Positions 17,076 to 24,664 of a stretch of 24,958 nt of DNA are shown here, piece after piece (the first letter of the stretch is position 1; each line of letters begins with the position of its first letter). This stretch comes from a virus (taxonomy: Duplodnaviria; Caudoviricetes). The position numbers and the translations under genes were made by a program. Where the stretch lies: positions 1 to 24,958 of the IMG/VR virus record IMGVR_UViG_3300037522_000162. One strand, 5' to 3'. The notes under the pieces are model-generated. The model did not search any database. It saw only the letters and a program-made list of their open reading frames with translations, and was not told the origin of the DNA.

Positions 17076-17312
17076 ATGCTCACTGCCGCTTTCTGGAAGG
17101 CCGCCGCCGAACGAGCAGTAAAAACCTTCGCGCAGGCGTTCGCCGCGTTCCTCGTCGCCGACGCGACCGGAATCCTCGAGGTCGACTGGGTCAAGGGCGC
17201 CTCGATCGCCGGACTGGCCACGCTGCTGTCCGTGCTCACCTCGGTCGGTTCGGATGCGATGACGACTGGGACGGGTCCATCGCTGACCGATGTGGAGAAG
17301 CTGAGTGGTTAG
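17076..17312 (+). CDS. Holin, r1t family
   Basis: FWKAAAERAVKTFAQ...VDW...LLSVLTS signature; RBS AAGGGGG; ATG 17076. Confidence 0.92.
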   Translation: MLTAAFWKAAAERAVKTFAQAFAAFLVADATGILEVDWVKGASIAGLATLLSVLTSVGSDAMTTGTGPSLTDVEKLSG

Positions 17313-17775
17313 GCGCGTCCTGCTGCTCGTTGCTGTCCTGTTGTTCGCCACAGCATCAAGTGCGCACGGACTCGAATGCCGAGTCCAACAGCCCCCGATC
17401 AGTGCGGCCGAGTTGAATGCCGTCGATCCGGTCGCGCCGCTCTATCAGGGCCAACCGGGTACCTGGTACTACGAGGTGTCCGGTGGTACCCCCGGCGGGC
17501 AGTACATCGGCGAATTGAATTGGGCTAAGGACCCGTCGAACAACGCGCACGCCAATGTCGGCGCGCTGCTGGACGAGAACGGCCATGACCTGGTCGTGTT
17601 GCCGCGCTACTGGCAGCCGGACGGGACGCTGCCCGGCTACTTCGCGTTCTGGGATCGGTTCAACCCGATCAGCGGTTTCGTGGCCACGCCCGGGGCGTTC
17701 TCGATCCACCTGTACCCGGCCGACCGCAAGCAGGCGAGCGGCAACACCAAGTGCTTCGGCGAGGTGATCGACTGA
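17305..17775 (+). CDS. Secreted protein, 156 aa, unknown function
   Basis: MVRRVLLLVAVLLFATASSAHG|LEC signal peptide; aromatic-rich beta-type mature region with Cys near both ends. Confidence 0.75.
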   Translation: MVRRVLLLVAVLLFATASSAHGLECRVQQPPISAAELNAVDPVAPLYQGQPGTWYYEVSGGTPGGQYIGELNWAKDPSNNAHANVGALLDENGHDLVVLPRYWQPDGTLPGYFAFWDRFNPISGFVATPGAFSIHLYPADRKQASGNTKCFGEVID

Positions 17776-17987
17776 TGCCTTGTGCCCGCGGTTGCTGCGA
17801 AACCCAGGCCGAGCACTACCGCTCGCTGCTGTTCCTCGACCCGAATCGCAAGCAGCTGCGGAAAGTCACTACCGACGTGCATGACCACCACAAGGTGGAC
17901 GTCACTGAACGCTGGGATGGCCAGGACGTGACGGTCAAACCAGAACCCATCAAGATCAAGGCTGAGGAGTTACGCCGTGGCAACTAG
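17775..17987 (+). CDS. Hypothetical protein, 70 aa, N-terminal Cys/His cluster
   Basis: TGATG-coupled, RBS GAGGTG; MPCARGCCETQAEHYRS... Confidence 0.7.
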   Translation: MPCARGCCETQAEHYRSLLFLDPNRKQLRKVTTDVHDHHKVDVTERWDGQDVTVKPEPIKIKAEELRRGN

Positions 17988-18171
17988 CCGTGAGACGGCG
18001 GCGGTCGACCAGTTGGTGGCCGCCAAGGACGCGTACCGCGAGGACCCGTCCGACGAGAATCGCAAGGCCCGGGATGCCGCGGTCAAGAAGGTGCAGAAGA
18101 TCCGTGCCGAGGAACGCGAGGGCCGCACCGGTCTGAGCATTGGCGGCGACGCAGAGCAGACGGGAGTCTGA
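17977..18171 (+). CDS. Hypothetical helical protein, 64 aa
   Basis: RBS GAGGAG, GTG start; charged helical hairpin AKDAYREDPSDENRKARDAA. Confidence 0.75.
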   Translation: MATSRETAAVDQLVAAKDAYREDPSDENRKARDAAVKKVQKIRAEEREGRTGLSIGGDAEQTGV

Positions 18172-18174
18172 GTC

Positions 18175-18630
18175 ATGGCCTGGACCGCATCGGGACTGTA
18201 CTACCTGACCTTCCGTGATCTCCTCGACACGTCCGGTCTTGTGCTCAACCTAGACCTGGAGACGCACAAGCTGGCGCTCTACACCAATACCGAGACGCCG
18301 AACTTCTCCACTGAGACCGCGTACGCGACGCCCAATGAGGTGACCGGCACGAACTGGGCGGCCGGCGGTGTGGCACTCACCGGCACGACAGTGTCGGAGT
18401 CGCCGGCCGGTTCGCTGATGTTCGACGCGACCGATGTGTCCGTGGCGTCCACTACGTTGCCCGGTGTGCGTGGCTGCAAGATCTATGCTGACGCGCTGAC
18501 GACACCAACAGCGGATGCACTGATCGTCGGGGTGAACTTCGGCGCCGACTACGCGACGACGAATGGCACGTTCGCCATTGCGTGGGCGGGTGCGGGCATC
18601 TTCGCCATCGACTTGACGCCAGGCGGATGA
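18175..18630 (+). CDS. Virion structural protein of fibre module (minor tail component)
   Basis: KLALYT, NEVTGTNWAAGGVAL, FDATDV, NFGADY.TTNGTF.I.W...GIF: pattern I recognise from phage proteins that head fibre gene clusters. Confidence 0.7.
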   Translation: MAWTASGLYYLTFRDLLDTSGLVLNLDLETHKLALYTNTETPNFSTETAYATPNEVTGTNWAAGGVALTGTTVSESPAGSLMFDATDVSVASTTLPGVRGCKIYADALTTPTADALIVGVNFGADYATTNGTFAIAWAGAGIFAIDLTPGG

Positions 18631-18818
18631 TCGTTTCCCGCCGCGGATTCGTCCTCGGCATCGTCGGCGTGATCGTCACGCACCACCGCCCGAACCACAG
18701 GGGCGGGCCGACGCCGACCCCAACCCCGACGGAGCCGCCGGCATGGCCAGCGTTCGTGACAGGCCGGTCATTCGTCGGCGGCCCCGACCTGGTCGGCGGA
18801 AACCTGACAGGAGGCTGA
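18627..18818 (+). CDS. Small protein, 63 aa: twin-arginine-like N-terminus, PT linker, Gly-rich C-terminal motif
   Basis: ATGA overlap; MIVSRRGFVLGIVGVIVTHHRPNHRGGPTPTPTPTEPPAWPAFVTGRSFVGGPDLVGGNLTGG*; ends 2 nt before next gene. Confidence 0.65.
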   Translation: MIVSRRGFVLGIVGVIVTHHRPNHRGGPTPTPTPTEPPAWPAFVTGRSFVGGPDLVGGNLTGG

Positions 18819-18820
18819 GC

Positions 18821-19483
18821 GTGGCTGCTCAATATCCCAGTACGGTGCCCAGCTTCTCGGGAATGGTTGGCACATCAACCGACCCGTTGTCCGCACCGAG
18901 CCACGTGACGCTCGAGCAGAAGCAGGCCGACGAGATCGTGGCGCTAGCCACACTCGGTGGCGGGCTCAAGCACCAGTTCGGCTCGGGCCTGTGGTATTCG
19001 CCGCCGTTCATGGCATCCATCTCTGCGCAAACCAACTCAGTCGGGGATGTGCGGCTGTTCCGGATGGACTTCCCGCCGGGCACCACGGTCACCGGCCTGG
19101 GCATCAACGTCGCCACCGGCGGTGCCGCCGGGGCAACCAAGACGCTGCTCATCTACAACGACAACGGAACGAGCTCATATCCGACGACGTTGCAGAAGGC
19201 GACCGCGGCGCTGGACACGACGACGGCCGGAGTCAAGTCCGAGACTTTTACGGCTGAGGATGTCAGCGGTGTTCGCTGGATCGGCACGCTGACATTGACG
19301 GCAACGTCGCTCCTGTCCGGCTGCTCGAGCGGCCTGTACGCCGTCGGCGCGACCAGCATCGCCATTGCCAACGTGGTGTGGTCCGGCTATATCCAGACTG
19401 GGCAGTCCTCGGCTCCTGCCACATTCACGTCGACTCGGACGCCGATCAACGGCCTGGACCGGGTCTTCGTCCAAATCGGCTAG
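18821..19483 (+). CDS. Putative tail fibre / receptor-binding protein, 220 aa
   Basis: RBS GGAGG, GTG 18821; N-terminal YP....F...DPLSAPSH...DEIVAL anchor-like segment followed by a beta-sandwich-like domain. Confidence 0.65.
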   Translation: MAAQYPSTVPSFSGMVGTSTDPLSAPSHVTLEQKQADEIVALATLGGGLKHQFGSGLWYSPPFMASISAQTNSVGDVRLFRMDFPPGTTVTGLGINVATGGAAGATKTLLIYNDNGTSSYPTTLQKATAALDTTTAGVKSETFTAEDVSGVRWIGTLTLTATSLLSGCSSGLYAVGATSIAIANVVWSGYIQTGQSSAPATFTSTRTPINGLDRVFVQIG

Positions 19484-19492
19484 GAGGCGGCC

Positions 19493-21085
19493 ATGCCGTT
19501 CAAGATCCCCAATGTTGCCGGACTCACCCATGCCGGTCAGGCCCGGGTCACCGAGACCGACTTCGACATCATCGCCGCCGGCATCCACGACTATGGCATC
19601 AACACCGGTTGCCAGGTCACCACCACCGGTGCCGCCAACGGATCCGTCACCGTCGCTACAGGCATCGCGTTGGTCAACGGCGTGTACGTCAACATCGTCG
19701 CTGGGAACGTGGCGCTCAACGCCAACGCCAGCGGAAACGATCGCATCGATCTCATCACCGTCGACGACATCGGCACCGAGGCTGCGGTCGTAGGTACCCC
19801 CGGCGCAGTGCCCCTGCTGCCGGACATCCCGTCCGACCGCACTGTGCTCGCCGCGGTGTACGTGCCCAACGGGTTCACGACCGGCACTACTGTCACCGCC
19901 GACCAGATCGTCGACAAGCGGGTGTTCCAACGCACCGGCGACTTCCAGGGCCACAATGTCCTCGACTATGGCGCCGTCGGCGACTCCAGCCACGCCACCT
20001 TCGGCGCGGGCACCGACGACACGGCTGCCATCCAGGCCGCGTACACCGCAGCGCAGGAGGCCGGCGGGTTCGGCGTGGTCGTGTTCCCCGGAAACCGTAC
20101 CTATCGCATCACCGACACCATCGAATGTCAGACCGACCTGACCAAGCAGTCGGTATGGACCTGGGGCGTCGGATCAATGGGATTCAACCGGGTCGTGAAC
20201 ATGCCCAACATCGCGTGGGGCGGTGCCGCCGGTGGCACTATGTTCAACTCCGAAGCGTCTGGGCCGAACCTGCAAGCCGCGCTGTTCCGCAACGTACGCT
20301 TCGCCGGGCTGAACGTCGCCAATACTGCGATCCGCTTCGGCCCTTCCGGCACCAACTTCGCGAAAATCGACACCGGCACCGGACTTGACGAGGTCCACAT
20401 GGGCGCCTTTGCCGGCAACGGCATCCAGATTGACAGCGTCGGCGCAACAAACTTCTGGATTCGCGGTGGTCGATGGGACCGCATCGCTGGATATGCCATC
20501 TATATGAAGGTCGCCAGCCAGACGTTCGTGTCGATCCGTGACGTTACCTGGGACGCCTGGGACGCGATCCTGGTCGACGCGGCCAAGGGGTTCGTCCACT
20601 TCGACGCCGGAGTCCACGCCATCGAGGGCGCCAACAACACCCACTATGTGATGGCCCATTTTGACGGAGTCCACTTCGAGTCCGGTGGACTGTCCGACCA
20701 AGTGCCAACCGCCAGCGAGACGGCAGGTCGTCGCGGGATCATCAAGTGCACGATCGACAACACCGAGGTCATCGTCCAACACAAGATCGCGATGACGAAC
20801 TGTCAGGTCCTCGGCTGGAACAGCGGTGACGACTCGCATTGTCTGATCCAAATGGACGGCGGCGCGAGCGACGCCGAGCGCAAGGCGCGGTTGAACTTCA
20901 ACGGTCGCAATCTGTTCGGCTTCAACGGTGACGGGTCAGCGGCCACCGGGCATGTGATCCCGTTCGGGAACATGGGCCTGACTAACCCCGATCCGGGGGA
21001 CGAGTATCAGGAGTTGACACACCGGTTCTCCGGTGGCGGCGTCACCGCGAGCCGCTATCCGCGAGTGTGGAACAACACCGCCTGA
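19493..21085 (+). CDS. Tailspike-like protein with pectate-lyase-3 / parallel beta-helix domain (putative depolymerase)
   Basis: NVLDYGAVGD...DDTAAIQAA...GVVVFPG..YRIT motif after an N-terminal anchor domain (GCQVT, VTVATG, RIDLI); RBS AGGAGG. Confidence 0.85.
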   Translation: MPFKIPNVAGLTHAGQARVTETDFDIIAAGIHDYGINTGCQVTTTGAANGSVTVATGIALVNGVYVNIVAGNVALNANASGNDRIDLITVDDIGTEAAVVGTPGAVPLLPDIPSDRTVLAAVYVPNGFTTGTTVTADQIVDKRVFQRTGDFQGHNVLDYGAVGDSSHATFGAGTDDTAAIQAAYTAAQEAGGFGVVVFPGNRTYRITDTIECQTDLTKQSVWTWGVGSMGFNRVVNMPNIAWGGAAGGTMFNSEASGPNLQAALFRNVRFAGLNVANTAIRFGPSGTNFAKIDTGTGLDEVHMGAFAGNGIQIDSVGATNFWIRGGRWDRIAGYAIYMKVASQTFVSIRDVTWDAWDAILVDAAKGFVHFDAGVHAIEGANNTHYVMAHFDGVHFESGGLSDQVPTASETAGRRGIIKCTIDNTEVIVQHKIAMTNCQVLGWNSGDDSHCLIQMDGGASDAERKARLNFNGRNLFGFNGDGSAATGHVIPFGNMGLTNPDPGDEYQELTHRFSGGGVTASRYPRVWNNTA

Positions 21086-21097
21086 TCGGGGGATGCC

Positions 21098-22228
21098 GTG
21101 ACGCTGACCCTGGTCGCCACGCCTACCAGTTACCAAGCTTCCGCTAACAGCGTCAGTTCTGCTTTCCCTTCCGGCTATTCGGTCACCGCCGACGACCTGG
21201 CCTGTCTGGTCGTCATGTCCAAGCATCGCACCGAGACGAATGGTCCATCCGAACCGAGCGGCTGGCCCCAGGTGGGGACCGGGCTCGGCGGCATCACCGG
21301 CTCCGGCGTTGATCAAGGCAAGATTCGCATCACCGTGTTCGAGCGGGTTTTGCAGGCCGGCGACGCCGCGCCCAGCGTCGGTCAGCAAGGCGGCCAGGGG
21401 AACTTTCTGGCCGCCGCCATCTATGTGTTCCGCAAGAGCGCGGCAGGCACATACGAGACCGTGCTGGACGTGCTGTCCGAGGAGACCGCGGGAACGTCCT
21501 GGTCCGAGGTGATGGCCGGGGTACCGGACTGGCTCGCCGACGATCATCTGGTGCTGCCGTCCGGTGCGCGAACCGACTCGGTCACCGGGTTCACGGTGGG
21601 ATCACTGACCGCCACCGGGCTAACGATCAGCGCGATCACCGAGGACTTCGACGCCGGCACCACTCAGGGTGACGACGCGCGGCTGACCAGCGCGCGCGCC
21701 ACGGTCACCGCGGGGCCGCCGACGGTGGCGCCGACCCGGGCGCTGACCATCACCGGCGTGTCCTCGGCCGGGGCGATGGGCATCCTGCGCGTCCGGCACG
21801 TGGCCGCCGGCGAGAACGCTTCGATCGACGCAGTCACCGTCGCCGTTGCAGCATCGGTGCCGTCGGTACTCGTGTCGACGGGAGAGGCAGCATCAGCGTT
21901 CATCGTCGGATCATCGATGGTCGGTAGTGGCGACCAGCTCGGTGTCGGCGGCACGACCGACGAGGACGCCTGGCTGTTCCCGCTGGTCATCGCGGCGCGG
22001 GCCACGATCCCGACGCCACTGCTGTGGGGTCCACCGTCGGGGCTTACGGCGACCCCGCTGTCGAGCTCGAGCATTCGGCTGACGTGGAATGCGGTATTGG
22101 CCGCGGACGGCTATGACGTGGAACGCGACGGCGTCGTAGTGGCGCAGAGCGTGATCGGCACCCAATACGACGACATCGACCTGGCCGCGTCCACAGAGTA
22201 CGACTACAGGGTGCGAGCCGTCCGATGA
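21098..22228 (+). CDS. Fibre-module protein with C-terminal FN3 domain lacking its last strand
   Basis: N-terminal beta domain (DDL..LVV, PSGW), two 22-aa fibre repeats, then PPSGLTATPLSSSSIRLTWNAV..ADGYDVERDG...YDDIDLAASTEYDYRVRAVR*. Confidence 0.8.
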   Translation: MTLTLVATPTSYQASANSVSSAFPSGYSVTADDLACLVVMSKHRTETNGPSEPSGWPQVGTGLGGITGSGVDQGKIRITVFERVLQAGDAAPSVGQQGGQGNFLAAAIYVFRKSAAGTYETVLDVLSEETAGTSWSEVMAGVPDWLADDHLVLPSGARTDSVTGFTVGSLTATGLTISAITEDFDAGTTQGDDARLTSARATVTAGPPTVAPTRALTITGVSSAGAMGILRVRHVAAGENASIDAVTVAVAASVPSVLVSTGEAASAFIVGSSMVGSGDQLGVGGTTDEDAWLFPLVIAARATIPTPLLWGPPSGLTATPLSSSSIRLTWNAVLAADGYDVERDGVVVAQSVIGTQYDDIDLAASTEYDYRVRAVR

Positions 22229-22557
22229 GATGGCGCATCTTCTACGGCGACGGATCGACGTTCTCCGACGCCGACGGCCCGCCGTCACAGGCTCCCGCAC
22301 TGAACGTTCAGATCATCATCGTCCGTGACGATGACCCGAACAGCCAACTTGGGCGGTACCCGGTGCACCGGTTCGACTACTACTGGTGGGACGATCCGGA
22401 ATGGTTCGGCGGCGACTTGTTCGGCCTGTTCGACTATCTGGCCCGCCCCGGCGACAAGCGGGTGCTGTTTGGTCGGACGATTGCCAACGCTGACCATCAG
22501 GCGATTATTGATCGTGCGCTGGCCGACCCTGACATGATCAGGAGGCCGAGTCGATGA
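22225..22557 (+). CDS. Hypothetical protein, 110 aa, possibly a fibre assembly factor
   Basis: ATGA-coupled on both sides; WRIFYGDGSTF..DG...AP, DYYWW, GLFDYL, VLFGR; aromatic/acidic globular composition unlike the neighbouring fibres. Confidence 0.75.
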   Translation: MRWRIFYGDGSTFSDADGPPSQAPALNVQIIIVRDDDPNSQLGRYPVHRFDYYWWDDPEWFGGDLFGLFDYLARPGDKRVLFGRTIANADHQAIIDRALADPDMIRRPSR

Positions 22558-24290
22558 CCCATATCAATCCGAACTCGGCACAAGTCGGCTTCCGAGGCCG
22601 AGCGGATGACACGGCCCTGCTCAATGCCGCATTCGGCGGTGGAGATCCCGCGCTAAATACGGGCTGGTCGCAGGATGCCGATGTAATCTTCCGGGTTCGG
22701 TTCGCGGTAGAGGAGAACGCGGGCGCGGAAGCCGTCGTAAGCGGTCAGCTCGAGGCGAATCTGAACGGTGGCACATTTCAAAATGTCACCACTACCTCAA
22801 CGATCGTCAAGGCTGTCGCATCATCGCAGTTCGCCGACAACGACACGACGTCGGATCTTGCCCTCGGCGGCGCTGGTGGCTTCGTCAGCGGCCACGGATC
22901 AGAGACTGGCAATCCAACCGATATCGCACTGACCAGCCAGCACACCGAGTTTGAGTATGCACTACAGATCGTCGGTGCGGATGTCGCCAACGGCAACACA
23001 ATCGTAGTCCGGCTGGCCGGTTTGAACAGCTATACGGTTGCCGGCCCGACGCTGACCGTCACCGGCGTGGCCCTGAATGCCACCGTGGAGCCGTCCGTGG
23101 TCGCCGCGGTGGCCTCGGTCCCGGCTCCGACCGTGATCGTTCCGGTGCCAGCCGGGGCGTGGGGTTCGTCGGTCACCACGTGGGGCGACGCGACTCGGTC
23201 CTGGACGGGCACGACTCTTGACGCCGGTGGCGCCACAGTTACCCCGGCCACCGTGCAGGCTGCGGCGAGCATCGGTTCGCCAACGGTCCGCGAACTGTCG
23301 GAATGGTCCGACGTCGTGTCGGCGACCACCGAGGCGGAGACCTCCGGAGACGCCACCGTCACCCCGGCACGGGTGCTGGCCACGGCGCTCATCCCGGCAG
23401 TCACCGTCACCGTCGGGGTAACCGTCTCCGCGACCACCGTCGCCGCATCATCGTCCGTCGGCGCGCCGACAGTCGAAGCCGGCGGCGCCGCCAACGTCAC
23501 ACCGGCCACCGTCGCAGCCGCAGCCTCGATCGGCGCACCAGCAGTGTCGACCGGGGCGGGCGTTCAACCAACCACGGTCGCCGCTGCGGCGTCCATAGGC
23601 GCGCCGATAGTCACCGTCGGTGGTTCCGCCACCGTCGAGCCTGGCGTGGTCTCAGCGACCGCCACAGTGCCAGCGGTGACCGTTTCTGCCGGGTCCACGA
23701 CCGCACCAGATACCGTCGCCTCCACCGCCGCGATTCCATCGGTCACGATCTCGGCAGGATCGACGGTCTCACCGGCCAGCGTGACGGGCACGGCCACCAT
23801 CGGCACACCGACGCTGTCCGCCGGGACCACCGTCACACCCACCGCCGTGGCCGGCACCGCATCGGTCCCGACGCCTGGCGTGTCTGCTGGCGGATCAGCG
23901 ACCGTCGTCCCGGCAACCGTCACTGCGACGGTCAGCGTCGGCAGCCCGGCCATCATCACCGGGCAGACCATCACCGCGACCACGGTCGCCACAACGACCA
24001 CCATCCCGGCGCCGACGGTGACCGGATCGGTGACGATCGCGCCGAGCGTCGTAGCGGCGACGACGAGCCTCCCAGCACCGACCGTGACTACGACCGGCGA
24101 CGTGCTCATCACCCCGGCGACGATCACCGCGACCGCCAGCATCCCGACGGTGGTCATCGAGGCCGGCGTCCTGACCACACCGCCAGAACGTATGCTCGTC
24201 GTCCCTGCCGAAAACCGTATTGCTGTTGTTCCTGCGGAAGCTCGCATAGCTATCGTTCCTGCGGAAGTGAGAGAGTCGGTGATCGCGTGA
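22554..24290 (+). CDS. Long Thr/Ala/Val-rich repeat fibre protein, 578 aa
   Basis: RBS AGGAGG; N-terminal beta domain (FRVRF, TEFEYALQI), about 14 repeats of ~22 aa, C-terminal RxxVVPAE repeats. Confidence 0.8.
   Translation: MTHINPNSAQVGFRGRADDTALLNAAFGGGDPALNTGWSQDADVIFRVRFAVEENAGAEAVVSGQLEANLNGGTFQNVTTTSTIVKAVASSQFADNDTTSDLALGGAGGFVSGHGSETGNPTDIALTSQHTEFEYALQIVGADVANGNTIVVRLAGLNSYTVAGPTLTVTGVALNATVEPSVVAAVASVPAPTVIVPVPAGAWGSSVTTWGDATRSWTGTTLDAGGATVTPATVQAAASIGSPTVRELSEWSDVVSATTEAETSGDATVTPARVLATALIPAVTVTVGVTVSATTVAASSSVGAPTVEAGGAANVTPATVAAAASIGAPAVSTGAGVQPTTVAAAASIGAPIVTVGGSATVEPGVVSATATVPAVTVSAGSTTAPDTVASTAAIPSVTISAGSTVSPASVTGTATIGTPTLSAGTTVTPTAVAGTASVPTPGVSAGGSATVVPATVTATVSVGSPAIITGQTITATTVATTTTIPAPTVTGSVTIAPSVVAATTSLPAPTVTTTGDVLITPATITATASIPTVVIEAGVLTTPPERMLVVPAENRIAVVPAEARIAIVPAEVRESVIA
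23073..24167 (+). repeat. About 14 degenerate ~22-aa repeats, consensus ATVTPATVAAxASIxAPTV
   Basis: Counted by eye, from LNATVEPSVVAAVASVPAPTV to DVLITPATITATASIPTVVI. Confidence 0.8.
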
Positions 24291-24559
24291 GCATCTACAT
24301 CAAGGACCCCGATGCTGTGCTTGATTACGGCCGCGACTGGGTGGACTGGCTCGCCACCGGCGATAGCATCACCAGCCACAGCGTGGCGGTCGAGTCCGGC
24401 AATGTGGTGAAGGACTCGGACAGTCTGGCCGGCACCATAGTCAGGGCATGGATCTCTGGCGGCACCGAAGGCACCGACGCCACCGTGCGGTTCCGGGTCA
24501 CCACCGCGCAAGGCCGCACCGACGACCGCACCATCTACCTGAAGGTGCGCAGTCGCTAG
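24287..24559 (+). CDS. Fibre-tail adaptor-like protein, 90 aa
   Basis: GTGA overlap; MSIYIKDPDAVLDYGRDWVDWLATGDSI...WISGG...VTTAQGRTDDRTI..KV, the KDP..LDY..DW family. Only this end of ORF-track 23303..24559 is plausible. Confidence 0.8.
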   Translation: MSIYIKDPDAVLDYGRDWVDWLATGDSITSHSVAVESGNVVKDSDSLAGTIVRAWISGGTEGTDATVRFRVTTAQGRTDDRTIYLKVRSR

Positions 24560-24560
24560 A

Positions 24561-24660
24561 CGCCGCCCGTTCCCCCCAGGCGGCGGTATGAAGGCCGCCG
24601 CCCGGTCATCCCCTCGCACCGGGCGGCGGTCCACCCCTTCTCTCGACCGGGGGGAGGTGA
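24561..24660 (+). promoter_or_regulatory. Three consecutive stem-loops, the last covering the RBS of the downstream peptide gene
   Basis: CGCCGCC/GGCGGCG (24561-24585); CCGCCGCCCGGT/ACCGGGCGGCGG (24595-24629, 12 bp perfect); CACCCCTTCTCTC can pair imperfectly with GGGGGGAGGTG (24632-24659). Confidence 0.65.
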
Positions 24661-24664
24661 AACC

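Noticed and set aside
23303-24286. His/Arg-rich N-terminal part of ORF 23303..24559, suggesting a frameshift fusion to the adaptor
   Set aside because: Off-frame reading of Thr/Val/Ala codons; the adaptor has its own GTG overlapping the fibre stop and no slippery site was seen.
18821-24290. Diversity-generating retroelement or invertible fibre cassette
   Set aside because: No reverse transcriptase, no near-identical TR/VR pair, no invertase or flanking inverted repeats seen in the window.
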